Shown here: positions 1-8,396 of the stretch, one piece after another
Position numbering within the stretch: the first letter of the stretch is position 1
Layout of the letters: the number at the start of each line of letters is the position of its first letter
Source of the DNA: an uncultured Novosphingobium sp.
Lineage (GTDB): Bacteria > Pseudomonadota > Alphaproteobacteria > Sphingomonadales > Sphingomonadaceae
Assembly (NCBI GenBank): GCA_964529505.1
Contig: CAZGWR010000014.1
Span: forward strand, 1,966 to 65,965
Reading direction: 5' to 3'
Length of the DNA stretch: 64,000 bases
Made by a program: the position numbers and the translations under genes
The notes under the pieces: model-generated
Databases searched by the model: none
Told to the model about the DNA's origin: nothing
The model's input: the letters and a program-made list of their open reading frames with translations, nothing else

Positions 1-353
1 TCGCTTTCGGGCATGCCGATCGTGTCGAGCAGGTGGCTGTAGGCGGCGATGTGCACCGTCTCCATGTTGGAGAAGGCGGCGAGCATCATCTTGATCTCGG
101 TCGGTTTGAACACGCGGCCGTATTTGTCGTGGTAGCAATCCTGCACCTCGATATCGGCCTGGGTGAAGAAGCGGAAAATCTGGGTGAGCAGATTGCGCTC
201 GTGGTCGCTGATCTTCTGCGCCCAATCGCGGCAATCTTCGCCCAGGGGCACTTCCTCGGGCATCCAGTGGATCTGCTGCTGACGCTTCCAGAACTCGTAA
301 GCCCAGGGATATTCGAACGGCTTGTAGGAGTTGCGGGCTTCGAGAAGAGACAT
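1..353 (-). CDS. nrdB: Ribonucleoside-diphosphate reductase beta (R2) subunit, N-terminal 117 codons only; gene continues past the left edge
   Basis: Absent from the ORF track because no stop lies in the window. My reverse-strand translation from the ATG (353-351) gives MSLLEARNSYKPFEYPWAYEFWKRQQQIHWMPEEVPLGEDCRDWAQKISDHERNLLTQIFRFFTQADIEVQDCYHDKYGRVFKPTEIKMMLAAFSNMETVHIAAYSHLLDTIGMPES, recognisable as a class I RNR small-subunit N-terminus. Confidence 0.85.
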   Translation of the reverse strand, partial: MSLLEARNSYKPFEYPWAYEFWKRQQQIHWMPEEVPLGEDCRDWAQKISDHERNLLTQIFRFFTQADIEVQDCYHDKYGRVFKPTEIKMMLAAFSNMETVHIAAYSHLLDTIGMPES

Positions 354-542
354 CGGTTTCAGGTCCTGTTGGGCGGGGGCTTGATATAGGGACTATGCGG
401 CGGCGCGGGTAGCTGTGCCATGGGGCGAAGGTGTGGACGAAGGTGTGGAGCGTTTTCTCGGCCGCGCGGAACGGGCGGGCGGATGGAGCGTTGTCAGCCG
501 GTGAGCACGCGCCATTTCGGCGCTGTGCCCGGGAGACACAGC

Positions 543-803
543 ATGACCTCTGAAATCGCCGCGCAGATCCGCGAGCATATGGAAGTGATCGGCGCCGACG
601 GCGTGCATGTGGGCGTGGTCGACCATGTCGACGGCGACCGGATCAAGCTGACCAAGCGCAGCAGCGGCGCCGGGCTGCAGGGCGAAACCCACGCGGGGCA
701 TCATCACTATCTCTCGCTCGGCCTCGTGGCCGAAGTGGAGGGCGACAAGGTGCGCCTTTCGGCCAATGGCGACGTTGCCTATGCGATGGAAGAAGAGAAG
801 TAG
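543..803 (+). CDS. DUF2171-family small protein
   Basis: C-terminal 86 aa of ORF 420..803 from an internal ATG (MTSEIAAQIREHMEVIGADGVHVGVVDHVDGDRIKLTK...). The pattern matches my memory of DUF2171. The upstream Arg/Gly-rich codons look non-coding. Confidence 0.65.
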   Translation: MTSEIAAQIREHMEVIGADGVHVGVVDHVDGDRIKLTKRSSGAGLQGETHAGHHHYLSLGLVAEVEGDKVRLSANGDVAYAMEEEK

Positions 804-850
804 GTTTCTGGCGTTCCCGGTCGTTTGCCTGCAGGCGGCCGGGGCGCGGC

Positions 851-1237
851 CTATTTCCAAAACCAGCCGGGCTTGAGCTGGCGCGCATTTCGATTGCGCC
901 ACATCTGGATGTAGAGCCACAGGCCCGAGCCGCTGAAGAAGATCATGGCAAAGCCCGCGAGCAGGCTGATCGCCACGCCTATCGGGCCGAACGTCTCGCC
1001 CGAATGGAGATGGTGCAGCAGGCCGACCAGCGCGCGCGGATCGCCCGGTTTCGGTTTGGGGCGGCAGGTATAGTCCGGCGGGCAGACGAAAGCGGGTTTG
1101 GCGGCGATTTGCGCAGCTTTTGGCTTGCCCTCTCCGCTGCCCAGCAGCGGGACGATCTGACTGAGCACCCCGGTCACTGCGATCCAGAGCAGGAAGACCG
1201 CGAAGAAAACCGAGAGCCAGCGGTGCCATTTGCGCAT
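851..1237 (-). CDS. PepSY-associated transmembrane-helix protein (small membrane protein)
   Basis: ORF 851..1333 trimmed to the ATG at 1237 (MRKWHRWLSVFFAVFLLWIAVTGVLSQI...LHHLHSGETFGPIGVAISLLAGFAMIFFSGSGLWLYIQMWRNR). The KWHRW start, the LH-LHSG motif and two TM helices are typical of PepSY_TM-like proteins. Confidence 0.6.
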   Translation of the reverse strand: MRKWHRWLSVFFAVFLLWIAVTGVLSQIVPLLGSGEGKPKAAQIAAKPAFVCPPDYTCRPKPKPGDPRALVGLLHHLHSGETFGPIGVAISLLAGFAMIFFSGSGLWLYIQMWRNRNARQLKPGWFWK

Positions 1238-1357
1238 GGGAGAAGCCTTGTTGCTGTTGAGAATTACTCGCAACACTAAGCAGAAGCGGCTTTTGCGCAC
1301 AAGCGGGATGATTGTCGCCGATTGTCGCGGCATGACGGGAAGGAGGCGAACATCCGA

Positions 1358-1681
1358 TCATGATGCAGCGGCGCCTGCAGATTTGAACCAGAATTCGATT
1401 TCTGCAGTTTCGCTGTCGAAACGTGCCGCATGGGGAACGCCGGCGCGCACTTCGTACCAGTCACCCGGGCCGTAGCGCGTGATTTCGCCCGCCATGGTGA
1501 GCAGCAGCGCGCCTTTGGTGATGACGCCCCAGTTGTCGGTATCGTGGGTGTGCTCCTCGATCACGGTTCCGGCGGGGTAGCTGGCGAACAGCACCTCGCA
1601 GCCTTCCGCTGCCAGCCGATTGGCTTGGAAGCGCCCGACATAGACCGGCAGCGAAGCGACGAAATCGGGAAATGACGGCAT
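1358..1681 (-). CDS. Cupin-domain protein
   Basis: 107-aa ORF. GTVIEEHTHDTDNWGVITKG...GDWYEVRAGVPHAARF fits the two-motif cupin signature. Confidence 0.7.
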   Translation of the reverse strand: MPSFPDFVASLPVYVGRFQANRLAAEGCEVLFASYPAGTVIEEHTHDTDNWGVITKGALLLTMAGEITRYGPGDWYEVRAGVPHAARFDSETAEIEFWFKSAGAAAS

Positions 1682-1720
1682 CGACGACCCGCTCCTGCAT
1701 CTGCCTTGGAAGCCATACCA

Positions 1721-3796
1721 TTACTGGCAGGCGAGGCATTCCTCGTAATCGGTGGCGGCGGCGAGTTCGATCACGGGGGCGGCGGCGGTGTTGTCCGCCT
1801 CTACCCCGCCGGCAAACCCGGCCCGCTGGACCGATTTCGAGCGGAGGTAGTAGAGCGACTTGATGCCCTTTTCCCACGCCTGGAAATGCAGCATCATCAG
1901 ATCCCACTTGTCGACATCGGCGGGGATATAGAGATTGAGCGACTGCGCCTGATCGATGAACGGGGTGCGGTCGGCGGCGAATTCGAGCAGCCAGCGCTGG
2001 TCGATCTCGAAGCTGGTCTTGTAGATCGCCTTTTCCTCGAGGCTGAGGAAATCGAGATGCTGGACCGAGCCGCCGCGCTCGAGGATCGAATTCCACACAT
2101 TGGTGGAATCCTTCGATTTGGCCTGGAGCAGCTTTTCGAGATAGGGGTTCTTGACCACGAAGCTGCCCGAGAGCGTCTTGTGGGTGTAGATGTTCGCCGG
2201 GATCGGCTCGATGCAGGCGGAGGTGCCGCCGCAGATGATCGAGATCGAAGCGGTCGGCGCGATCGCCATCTTGCACGAAAAGCGCTGCATCACGCCCATG
2301 TCGGCGGCATCGGGGCACGGCCCGCGCTCCTGCGCGAGCATCAGCGAGGCCTCGTCCGCCGCTTGCGCGATATGGCGGAACATCTTGAGATTCCATGCCT
2401 TGGCCATCGCGGTTTCGAAACCGATGCCCTTCAACTGCAGGAACGAGTGGAAGCCCATCACGCCCATGCCGACAGAGCGCTCGCGCATCGCCGAATACTT
2501 GGCGCGCGCCATTTCGGCCGGCGCGCGGTCGATATAATCTTGCAGCACATTGTCGAGGAAGCGCAGCACGTCTTCGATGAACAGGCGGTCGCCGTGCCAC
2601 TCGTCCCAGGTTTCGAGATTGAGCGAGGACAGGCAGCACACCGCAGTGCGATCGTTGCCGAGATGGTCGCGGCCCGTGGGCAGCGTGATTTCGGAACACA
2701 AGTTCGAGGTCGAGACCTTGAGCCCCAGATCGCGGTGATGCTTGGGCATGGTGCGGTTCACCGTGTCGGAAAACACGATGTAGGGCTCGCCGGTGGCGAG
2801 GCGGGTCTCGACGAGCTTCTGGAACAGCGAACGGGCATCGACCGTGCCCCGGACCGAGCCATCCTTGGGGCTGCGCAAGTGGAATTCGGCGCCGTCGCGC
2901 ACCGCTTCCATGAACTCGTCGGTGAGCAGCACGCCGTGGTGGAGATTGAGCGCCTTGCGGTTGAAATCGCCCGAAGGCTTGCGGATTTCGAGGAACTCCT
3001 CGATTTCGGGGTGCGCCACATCGAGATAGCACGCCGCCGAGCCGCGCCGCAGCGAGCCCTGCGAAATCGCCAGCGTGAGGCTGTCCATCACGCGCACGAA
3101 CGGGATGATGCCGCTGGTCTTGCCATTGAGGCCGACGCTTTCGCCGATGCCGCGCACTTTGCCCCAATAGGTGCCGATGCCGCCGCCGCGCGAGGCGAGC
3201 CAGACGTTTTCGTTCCACGTGCCGACGATGCCCTCGAGGCTGTCGTCGACCGAATTCAGGTAGCACGAAATCGGCAGGCCGCGCCCGGTGCCGCCGTTCG
3301 ACAGGACGGGGGTGGCAGGCATGAACCACAGCCTGGAGATATAGTCGTAGAGCCGCTGCGCGTGCGCCTGGTTATCGGCATAGGCATCGGCGACGCGGGC
3401 GAAGAGATCCTGATAGGTTTCGCCCGGCAGGAGATAGCGATCGTCGAGCGTGTCCTTGCCGAACACGGTGAGCAGCGCATCGCGCGCGGGATCGGTGACG
3501 ATCGCAAAGCGGCGCGCGTTGACGGTTTTGGAATCCGAAACAGGCGCGGGCATGGCAGCCGCAGTGCTGGCCATCACCGCCAGAAGCGCTTCGCTGCCGG
3601 GGTCTTGCGCAGTCATGTCCATTGCCTTTTGCTCAGAGGCCGGGCGGACCGGGGCAATATCGCCAAGGCCGCCATCCAGCGTCAACTCATCCTGCGCCAG
3701 GGCGCTGTCTTCGATTCTGAAATCCACGCTAAAATCCCCAATTCTGACAGGCCGGCTGGCCATTTGGCCGTTGCTCCTGCTTGCCCAAGCCATCAC
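1721..3796 (-). CDS. nrdA: Ribonucleoside-diphosphate reductase alpha (R1) subunit
   Basis: 691-aa ORF with RNR large-subunit hallmarks (FMPATPVLSNGG, NLCSEITLPT, C-terminal YEECLACQ tail). The start is uncertain, with in-frame Met codons at 3796, 3763 and 3622. Confidence 0.9.
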   Translation of the reverse strand: MMAWASRSNGQMASRPVRIGDFSVDFRIEDSALAQDELTLDGGLGDIAPVRPASEQKAMDMTAQDPGSEALLAVMASTAAAMPAPVSDSKTVNARRFAIVTDPARDALLTVFGKDTLDDRYLLPGETYQDLFARVADAYADNQAHAQRLYDYISRLWFMPATPVLSNGGTGRGLPISCYLNSVDDSLEGIVGTWNENVWLASRGGGIGTYWGKVRGIGESVGLNGKTSGIIPFVRVMDSLTLAISQGSLRRGSAACYLDVAHPEIEEFLEIRKPSGDFNRKALNLHHGVLLTDEFMEAVRDGAEFHLRSPKDGSVRGTVDARSLFQKLVETRLATGEPYIVFSDTVNRTMPKHHRDLGLKVSTSNLCSEITLPTGRDHLGNDRTAVCCLSSLNLETWDEWHGDRLFIEDVLRFLDNVLQDYIDRAPAEMARAKYSAMRERSVGMGVMGFHSFLQLKGIGFETAMAKAWNLKMFRHIAQAADEASLMLAQERGPCPDAADMGVMQRFSCKMAIAPTASISIICGGTSACIEPIPANIYTHKTLSGSFVVKNPYLEKLLQAKSKDSTNVWNSILERGGSVQHLDFLSLEEKAIYKTSFEIDQRWLLEFAADRTPFIDQAQSLNLYIPADVDKWDLMMLHFQAWEKGIKSLYYLRSKSVQRAGFAGGVEADNTAAAPVIELAAATDYEECLACQ

Positions 3797-3993
3797 GGAC
3801 CGCCGCGACTCATGGACACTTTCAAATCCTACAAGAAATAGAACAAAAGGGGAATGAATTTCCCACCCGCCCCGTTCGCCCAGTGCTCCTCTGGCAAAAA
3901 ACGAAGCCGCCGACCCGACCCGTCAACAATGCGCACGAGACGTCGCCCGCGTATGAAGTTGAACTAGGGTTAGAGGTTGGCGGCTTGTCCAGC

Positions 3994-4007
3994 CACTATC
4001 CATAGTG
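3994..4007. promoter_or_regulatory. NrdR-box-like palindrome CACTATCCATAGTG upstream of nrdA
   Basis: A 14-bp palindrome (6+2+6) resembling the NrdR operator consensus acaCwAtATaTwGtgt as I remember it. It lies about 200 bp upstream of the longest nrdA start. No clear second box is seen at the usual spacing of about 31 bp. Confidence 0.35.
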
Positions 4008-4049
4008 CCCCAACGCGATTCTGACGCAAGAGGGTAAACACGTGTTAAC

Positions 4050-4085
4050 CGATTCGCTTCGTCGTAAATGCGATTCGCTTCGTCG
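4050..4085. repeat. Perfect 15-bp direct repeat CGATTCGCTTCGTCG x2 with 21-bp period
   Basis: Copies at 4050-4064 and 4071-4085, read directly. They lie in the divergent region between nrdA and the GlsB-like gene. The 21-bp spacing equals two helical turns. Confidence 0.8.
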
Positions 4086-4247
4086 CTGGGACGACCATGC
4101 GACAGCGCGCGACGCGTGCGCGGAGCGGCAGTTCAAGTGCTGATATGAGCCCGCGCAAATTTATTTCAAATGCGCGACGATCTTGTGGACAAGCAGGCTG
4201 TCCAGACCCCATCTCCGCGATGTCCGCAAATTTTTGGGAGCGCGCGC

Positions 4248-4496
4248 GTGTTCAATCTCATTTCCATCGTGCTGAGCGGCCTGATCGTGGGCTTCGCGGC
4301 GCGGTTTTTCTATCCCGGCGCGGTCGAGATGGGGCTGGGGCGGACGATCCTGCTCGGCATCGGCGGCGCGCTGGTGGCGGGCCTCGCCGCGAGCTGGAGC
4401 GGGAAGCGCTCGTTCAGCGAGGGGGTGAACCGCGCGGGGTGCATCGCCTCGGTGCTTGGGGCGATGCTGCTGATCTTCATCGGACGGAATTTGTGA
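4248..4496 (+). CDS. GlsB/YeaQ/YmgE-family (transglycosylase-associated) stress membrane protein
   Basis: ORF 4170..4496 trimmed to the GTG at 4248, which is preceded by GGGAG 8 nt upstream. VFNLISIVLSGLIVGFAARFFYPG...LGIGGALVAGL...VLGAMLLIFIGRNL is a typical Gly-rich three-TM protein of this family. Confidence 0.75.
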   Translation: MFNLISIVLSGLIVGFAARFFYPGAVEMGLGRTILLGIGGALVAGLAASWSGKRSFSEGVNRAGCIASVLGAMLLIFIGRNL

Positions 4497-4542
4497 GGGC
4501 GCTGCGGCGGGGTTCGGTTTGCGGCGAAGAAAGAAGAAGGGG

Positions 4543-4684
4543 TTCGCGCAGAGCCCGCCGAGATCGCAGGGAAGTTTGGTCCCCCGGCGAAGCCGGTTTG
4601 CTCCTGCGGCGCGGGGACTGCAGCGTTTGAGCGGCCTTTGGCCGGGCGCCACATCTTCTGCGTTCTTTGCGGGCTCTGCGCGAA
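4543..4684. repeat. MITE/REP-like intergenic element, copy 1 (TIR TTCGCGCAGAG...CTCTGCGCGAA)
   Basis: About 142 bp bounded by inverted TTCGCGCAGAG / CTCTGCGCGAA, with an internal CGGCGAAGCCGG core. Related copies lie at 7906-8064 and 21128-21277. Confidence 0.7.
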
Positions 4685-4708
4685 CCGGATTCTTAGCTAC
4701 CCCTCCGT

Positions 4709-4759
4709 CAGCCCTTCGGGCTGCCACCTCCCCATTTGCAATTCGTGAAAATGGGGAGG
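4709..4759 (-). terminator. Two stem-loops immediately downstream of nadB (possible terminator)
   Basis: CAGCCC-TTCG-GGGCTG (4709-4723) and CCTCCCCATT...AATGGGGAGG (4727-4759). No clean U-run follows, so intrinsic-terminator status is uncertain. Confidence 0.3.
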
Positions 4760-4765
4760 ATCCGG

Positions 4766-6481
4766 TTAGTTCGGGACCAGGATCGTGTCTCTAGCAGCGG
4801 GCTGGGTTTGCGGATAGTCTTCGTTGTAGTGCAGCCCGCGGCTTTCGCGGCGGGCGCGGGCGCTTTTGACGATGAGTTCTGCGGTCTGGAGCAGGTTGCG
4901 GAGCTCGATCAGGTCCGAGGTCAGGCGGAAATTGCTGTAGTAGTCGTTGACCTCATTCTTGAGCAGCTTGATCCGGTGCGCGGCGCGTTCGAGGCGCTTG
5001 TTGGTGCGCACGATGCCGACATAGTTCCACATGAAGCGGCGGATCTCGGTCCAGTTCTGCTTGATCACCACTTCCTCGTCGGAATCGGCGACGCGGCTGG
5101 CATCCCATTCGCGCAAGGGCGGCGGCGCGGCGAAGCTGTCCCAGCGCTCCAGAATATCGTTGGCGGCGGCATCGCCGAACACGAAGCATTCGAGCAGCGA
5201 ATTGGAGGCGAGGCGATTGGCGCCGTGCAGCCCGCTTTCCGAGCATTCGCCCACGGCATAGAGCCCGGCCAGATCGGTGCGCCCGGCCATGTCGATCAGC
5301 ACGCCGCCGCAGGTGTAGTGCTGCGCGGGGACGACCGGGATCGGCTCTTTGGTCATGTCGATGCCGAGGCCGAGCAGCCGTTCGTAGATATTGGGGAAAT
5401 GGCCGCGGATGAATTCGGGATCGCGGTGGCTGATATCGAGATGCACATAATCGAGGCCGAGCCGCTTGATCTCATGATCGATCGCGCGCGCCACGACATC
5501 GCGCGGGGCGAGTTCTTCTCTGGGGTCGAAGCGCGGCATGAAGCGCTCGCCGCCGCCGGGGACACCGGGGGGAAGCTTGAGATGGCCGCCCTCGCCGCGC
5601 ACCGCCTCGGTGATCAGGAAATTCTTGACTTCGAGATTGTAAAGGCAGGTCGGGTGGAACTGCATGAATTCCATGTTGGACACGCGGCAGCCGGCGCGCC
5701 AGGCCATCGCGATGCCATCGCCGGTCGCGCCGCGCGGGGCGGTGCTGAACAGATAGGTGCGCCCCGCGCCGCCGGTGGCGAGGATCGTGGCGCGCGCGGC
5801 GAAGCATTCGACCCGCCCGGTCTGCGCATCGAGCGCATAGACGCCCCAGACCTGCTGGCTGCCGGACGCGGGGCCGTCGGTGCGCCGCAGGGGTTCGATC
5901 CGGTGGCGATCGGTGACCAGATCGACCGCGACCATATCGGGGCGCAGCGTGATGTTGGGATGCGCCTTCGCCGCGGTGATCAGCGCCTGCTGCACCGCCC
6001 AGCCGGTGGCATCATCGACATGGACGATGCGCCGATGCGAATGGCCGCCTTCGCGGGTGAGATGGAGCGCGCCCGCCGCCGCGCCGGTCGCCTCCGCATT
6101 GAACGGCACGCCGAGATCGGCCAGCCGCTGGATCGCCTCGGGCGCATGCTCGATCACGAATTCGACCGTCTCGCGGCGATTGAGCCCAGCCCCGGCGATC
6201 ATCGTGTCGTTGATATGGTCTTCGAAGGTATCGCCCGAATCGAGCACCGCAGCGATCCCGCCCTGCGCCCACGCGGTGGAGCCGCCATCGAGCGCGCCTT
6301 TGGCCAGCACGAGCACCCGGCAGCGTTCGGCCAGCACCAGCGCGGCGGTGAGCCCGGCGGCCCCCGAACCGACGATAATCACATCCGGGATTACATCGGG
6401 AATGGCATGGTTTTGCGCATCGGTGGCACCTTCGGGCGCACTGGATCGGTTATTTTTCACGAGACTGTCTTGCCTGTGCAA
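4766..6481 (-). CDS. nadB: L-aspartate oxidase
   Basis: 571-aa ORF. It has the FAD-binding DVIIVGSGAAGLTAAL motif and a succinate-dehydrogenase/fumarate-reductase-like flavoprotein body (HYTCGGV, RGEGG). There is no ATG near the 5' end, so the start is TTG at 6481 or GTG at 6463. Confidence 0.9.
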   Translation of the reverse strand: MHRQDSLVKNNRSSAPEGATDAQNHAIPDVIPDVIIVGSGAAGLTAALVLAERCRVLVLAKGALDGGSTAWAQGGIAAVLDSGDTFEDHINDTMIAGAGLNRRETVEFVIEHAPEAIQRLADLGVPFNAEATGAAAGALHLTREGGHSHRRIVHVDDATGWAVQQALITAAKAHPNITLRPDMVAVDLVTDRHRIEPLRRTDGPASGSQQVWGVYALDAQTGRVECFAARATILATGGAGRTYLFSTAPRGATGDGIAMAWRAGCRVSNMEFMQFHPTCLYNLEVKNFLITEAVRGEGGHLKLPPGVPGGGERFMPRFDPREELAPRDVVARAIDHEIKRLGLDYVHLDISHRDPEFIRGHFPNIYERLLGLGIDMTKEPIPVVPAQHYTCGGVLIDMAGRTDLAGLYAVGECSESGLHGANRLASNSLLECFVFGDAAANDILERWDSFAAPPPLREWDASRVADSDEEVVIKQNWTEIRRFMWNYVGIVRTNKRLERAAHRIKLLKNEVNDYYSNFRLTSDLIELRNLLQTAELIVKSARARRESRGLHYNEDYPQTQPAARDTILVPN

Positions 6482-6637
6482 CGCGGATTTGAAAAGGAGC
6501 GATCGTAAATTCTCACCTCGGGCGGGGGCTTTGCGGGTGGTTTTTGCAGCTCAGTAACGACGGCCAGCAATGGCTTGCCGCGTGCAATTGCAATATGTTA
6601 CGGGCCATTTTTCATACAACCAAAGTGGATGTAGATC

Positions 6638-6832
6638 ATGTCTTGGCGACGAATCCTGTGTCTAATCAACCGGCACCAGGCGGACATCAAAGGCATCCGC
6701 TGGGACGGCGCGATGCATGTGAGCACGTGCAGCGAATGCCGGTGCCAGATCCGCCTTTCGTCCAAGGGTTACTGGAAGCGCACTGCTGCGGCGACCATCT
6801 CGACGAACGCCGCCGACGGGACGCACCCCTGA
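6638..6832 (+). CDS. Hypothetical small Cys-containing protein (64 aa)
   Basis: An ATG ORF in a locally AT-richer pocket: MSWRRILCLINRHQADIKGIRWDGAMHVSTCSECRCQIRLSSKGYWKR. It resembles short basic CxxC proteins I recall from sphingomonads. I have no homology proof. Confidence 0.4.
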   Translation: MSWRRILCLINRHQADIKGIRWDGAMHVSTCSECRCQIRLSSKGYWKRTAAATISTNAADGTHP

Positions 6833-6848
6833 TCGGCGGCGCAAAAGG

Positions 6849-7802
6849 TCATGCCTCGATCAGCGGCGTGCTCGTCAGCTTGACGAACACATCCTCCAGA
6901 TCGGCCTCGTCGGTCGATACATCGATGATGCCGTAGCCCAGCCCCTGCACCAGGGCGAGCACTTCGCCCGCATTCATGCGGTCCTTGCTATAGGTGATGC
7001 GGACCTCGCATTCGCCCGAGATCTGGCTTTTCAGGAACATCGCATGCTGCGGCGGCGCGGTGATCGCCCGGTCTAGCGTGAGCACGACGATTTTCTCGCG
7101 CATCATGTCGACCATCTCGCGCGTCGGCTTGTCCACGATCAGCCGGCCATGGTTGATGATCGCGATGCGGTCGCACAGCTGCTCGGCCTCTTCGAGATAA
7201 TGCGTGGTGAGCACCACGGTCAGCCCTTGCGCGTTGAGCTCGGCGACCAGCTCCCACAGCAGGCGCCGCAGCTCGACATCGACCCCGGCGGTGGGTTCAT
7301 CGAGCACGAGCACCGGCGGCGAATGAACCATCGCCTTGGCAATCAGCAGGCGGCGCTTCATCCCGCCCGACAGCGAGCGGGCATAGGCATGCGCCTTGTC
7401 GTCGAGATGGACCGACTGCAGCAGCTCCATGGTGCGGCGCGCGGCCTTGTTCACCCCGTAAAGCCCGGCCTGGATATCGAGCACTTCGAACGGCGTGAAG
7501 AACGGATCGAACACCACTTCCTGCGGCACGATGCCGATCGAGGCCTTGGCATTGCGGCCATCGCGGTCGATGTCGTGGCCCCAGATCTCGACCTGGCCGG
7601 AGGTTTTCATGACGAGACCGGCCAGAGTGTTGATGATCGTCGATTTGCCCGCGCCGTTGGGGCCGAGCAGGCCGAAGATCTGCCCTTGCGGCACATCGAA
7701 GCTGACCCCGGCGAGCGCGAGCTTGCCTTCACCTGCATCTTTGCCGGCGGGCGCATAGCGTTTGACGAGGTCGCGGATCTTGATGGCGGGGGTCTGGTCC
7801 AT
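6849..7802 (-). CDS. ABC transporter ATP-binding protein (ABC-2/DrrA-like)
   Basis: ORF 6849..8111 trimmed to the ATG at 7802 ([16 protein letters not shown]...). It has Walker [10 protein letters not shown], signature LSGGMKRR and Walker B VLVLDEPT. The upstream 103 codons overlap a repeat element and look non-coding. Confidence 0.9.
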   Translation of the reverse strand: MDQTPAIKIRDLVKRYAPAGKDAGEGKLALAGVSFDVPQGQIFGLLGPNGAGKSTIINTLAGLVMKTSGQVEIWGHDIDRDGRNAKASIGIVPQEVVFDPFFTPFEVLDIQAGLYGVNKAARRTMELLQSVHLDDKAHAYARSLSGGMKRRLLIAKAMVHSPPVLVLDEPTAGVDVELRRLLWELVAELNAQGLTVVLTTHYLEEAEQLCDRIAIINHGRLIVDKPTREMVDMMREKIVVLTLDRAITAPPQHAMFLKSQISGECEVRITYSKDRMNAGEVLALVQGLGYGIIDVSTDEADLEDVFVKLTSTPLIEA

Positions 7803-7905
7803 GCGTTCCCTCCTGCCTTGCAGGCGCGCGCGCGTAAAGAGGAAGGTCTGTGTGCGGCGATAACGGGACGGTTTCGGGCCAGAGCACGCGCATTTCGAAA
7901 TTTGT

Positions 7906-8064
7906 TTCGCGCAGAGACGCTGAGGAGGCGGAGAGCGCAGACATGTTGCCTTGGGCCGCAGGATGATTCTTGTGTGGCAACCGCGAAAGAACCGGTTGCC
8001 CAGCGGCCTTGCCGCAAGCCAGGCCTCTTCGCGTCCTTCCTCGTCCTCTGCGTCGCTGCGCGAA
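7906..8064. repeat. MITE/REP-like intergenic element, copy 2
   Basis: TTCGCGCAGAGACGC...CTCTGCGTCGCTGCGCGAA. It has the same terminal inverted repeats as 4543-4684 and 21128-21277. Confidence 0.65.
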
Positions 8065-8153
8065 CTGCCGTGCCCGAGGACAAAGCCGATTGCCGAGAGG
8101 TTCGCGCCCATCCGTCTTGCCGGACCAGCGCGGCTTTGCTAGCGGTTCCGGCC

Positions 8154-8348
8154 ATGATCCAGCCTCCTGAAACGATCACGACCGAAAGCCACCGGGTGAA
8201 ATGCGACGGGGCCACCGGCATTCGCGGCGGCGCGGCGCTGGGCCATCCGCGTGTTTGGCTCGAGATCGACGAGCGCGGCTATGCCGAATGCGGCTATTGC
8301 GACCGCCGGTTCGTGCTGAAGGGCGGCCCGGCGGACACCGGAAGCTGA
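8154..8348 (+). CDS. Zinc-finger (zf-CHCC / NDUFS6-like) small protein
   Basis: The last 64 codons of ORF 7149..8348, from the ATG at 8154: [19 protein letters not shown]...[28 protein letters not shown]. The rest of that ORF is antisense to the ABC ATPase. Confidence 0.75.
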   Translation: MIQPPETITTESHRVKCDGATGIRGGAALGHPRVWLEIDERGYAECGYCDRRFVLKGGPADTGS

Positions 8349-8396
8349 TGCAATCTTGAGTAGCGGGAATGGCAATCGCTTCCTATATCCTGCGCC

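Noticed and set aside
33-389. 118-aa plus-strand ORF at the left edge.
   Set aside because: It is antisense to the clearly recognisable nrdB N-terminus. It has no family resemblance and is a typical high-G+C shadow frame.
1461-3841. Very long ORFs (622 aa on the minus strand, 711 aa on the plus strand) overlapping nrdA.
   Set aside because: Their Arg/Ala/Gly/Pro-rich composition is characteristic of out-of-frame or antisense reading of a high-G+C gene. The nrdA frame has unambiguous family motifs.
4037-4046. Palindrome AACACGTGTT considered as a second NrdR box.
   Set aside because: It lacks the AT-rich centre of the NrdR consensus, and its centre-to-centre spacing to the first box is about 41 bp rather than about 31 bp.
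4736-6508. 590-aa plus-strand ORF.
   Set aside because: It is an antisense shadow of nadB with no recognisable motifs.
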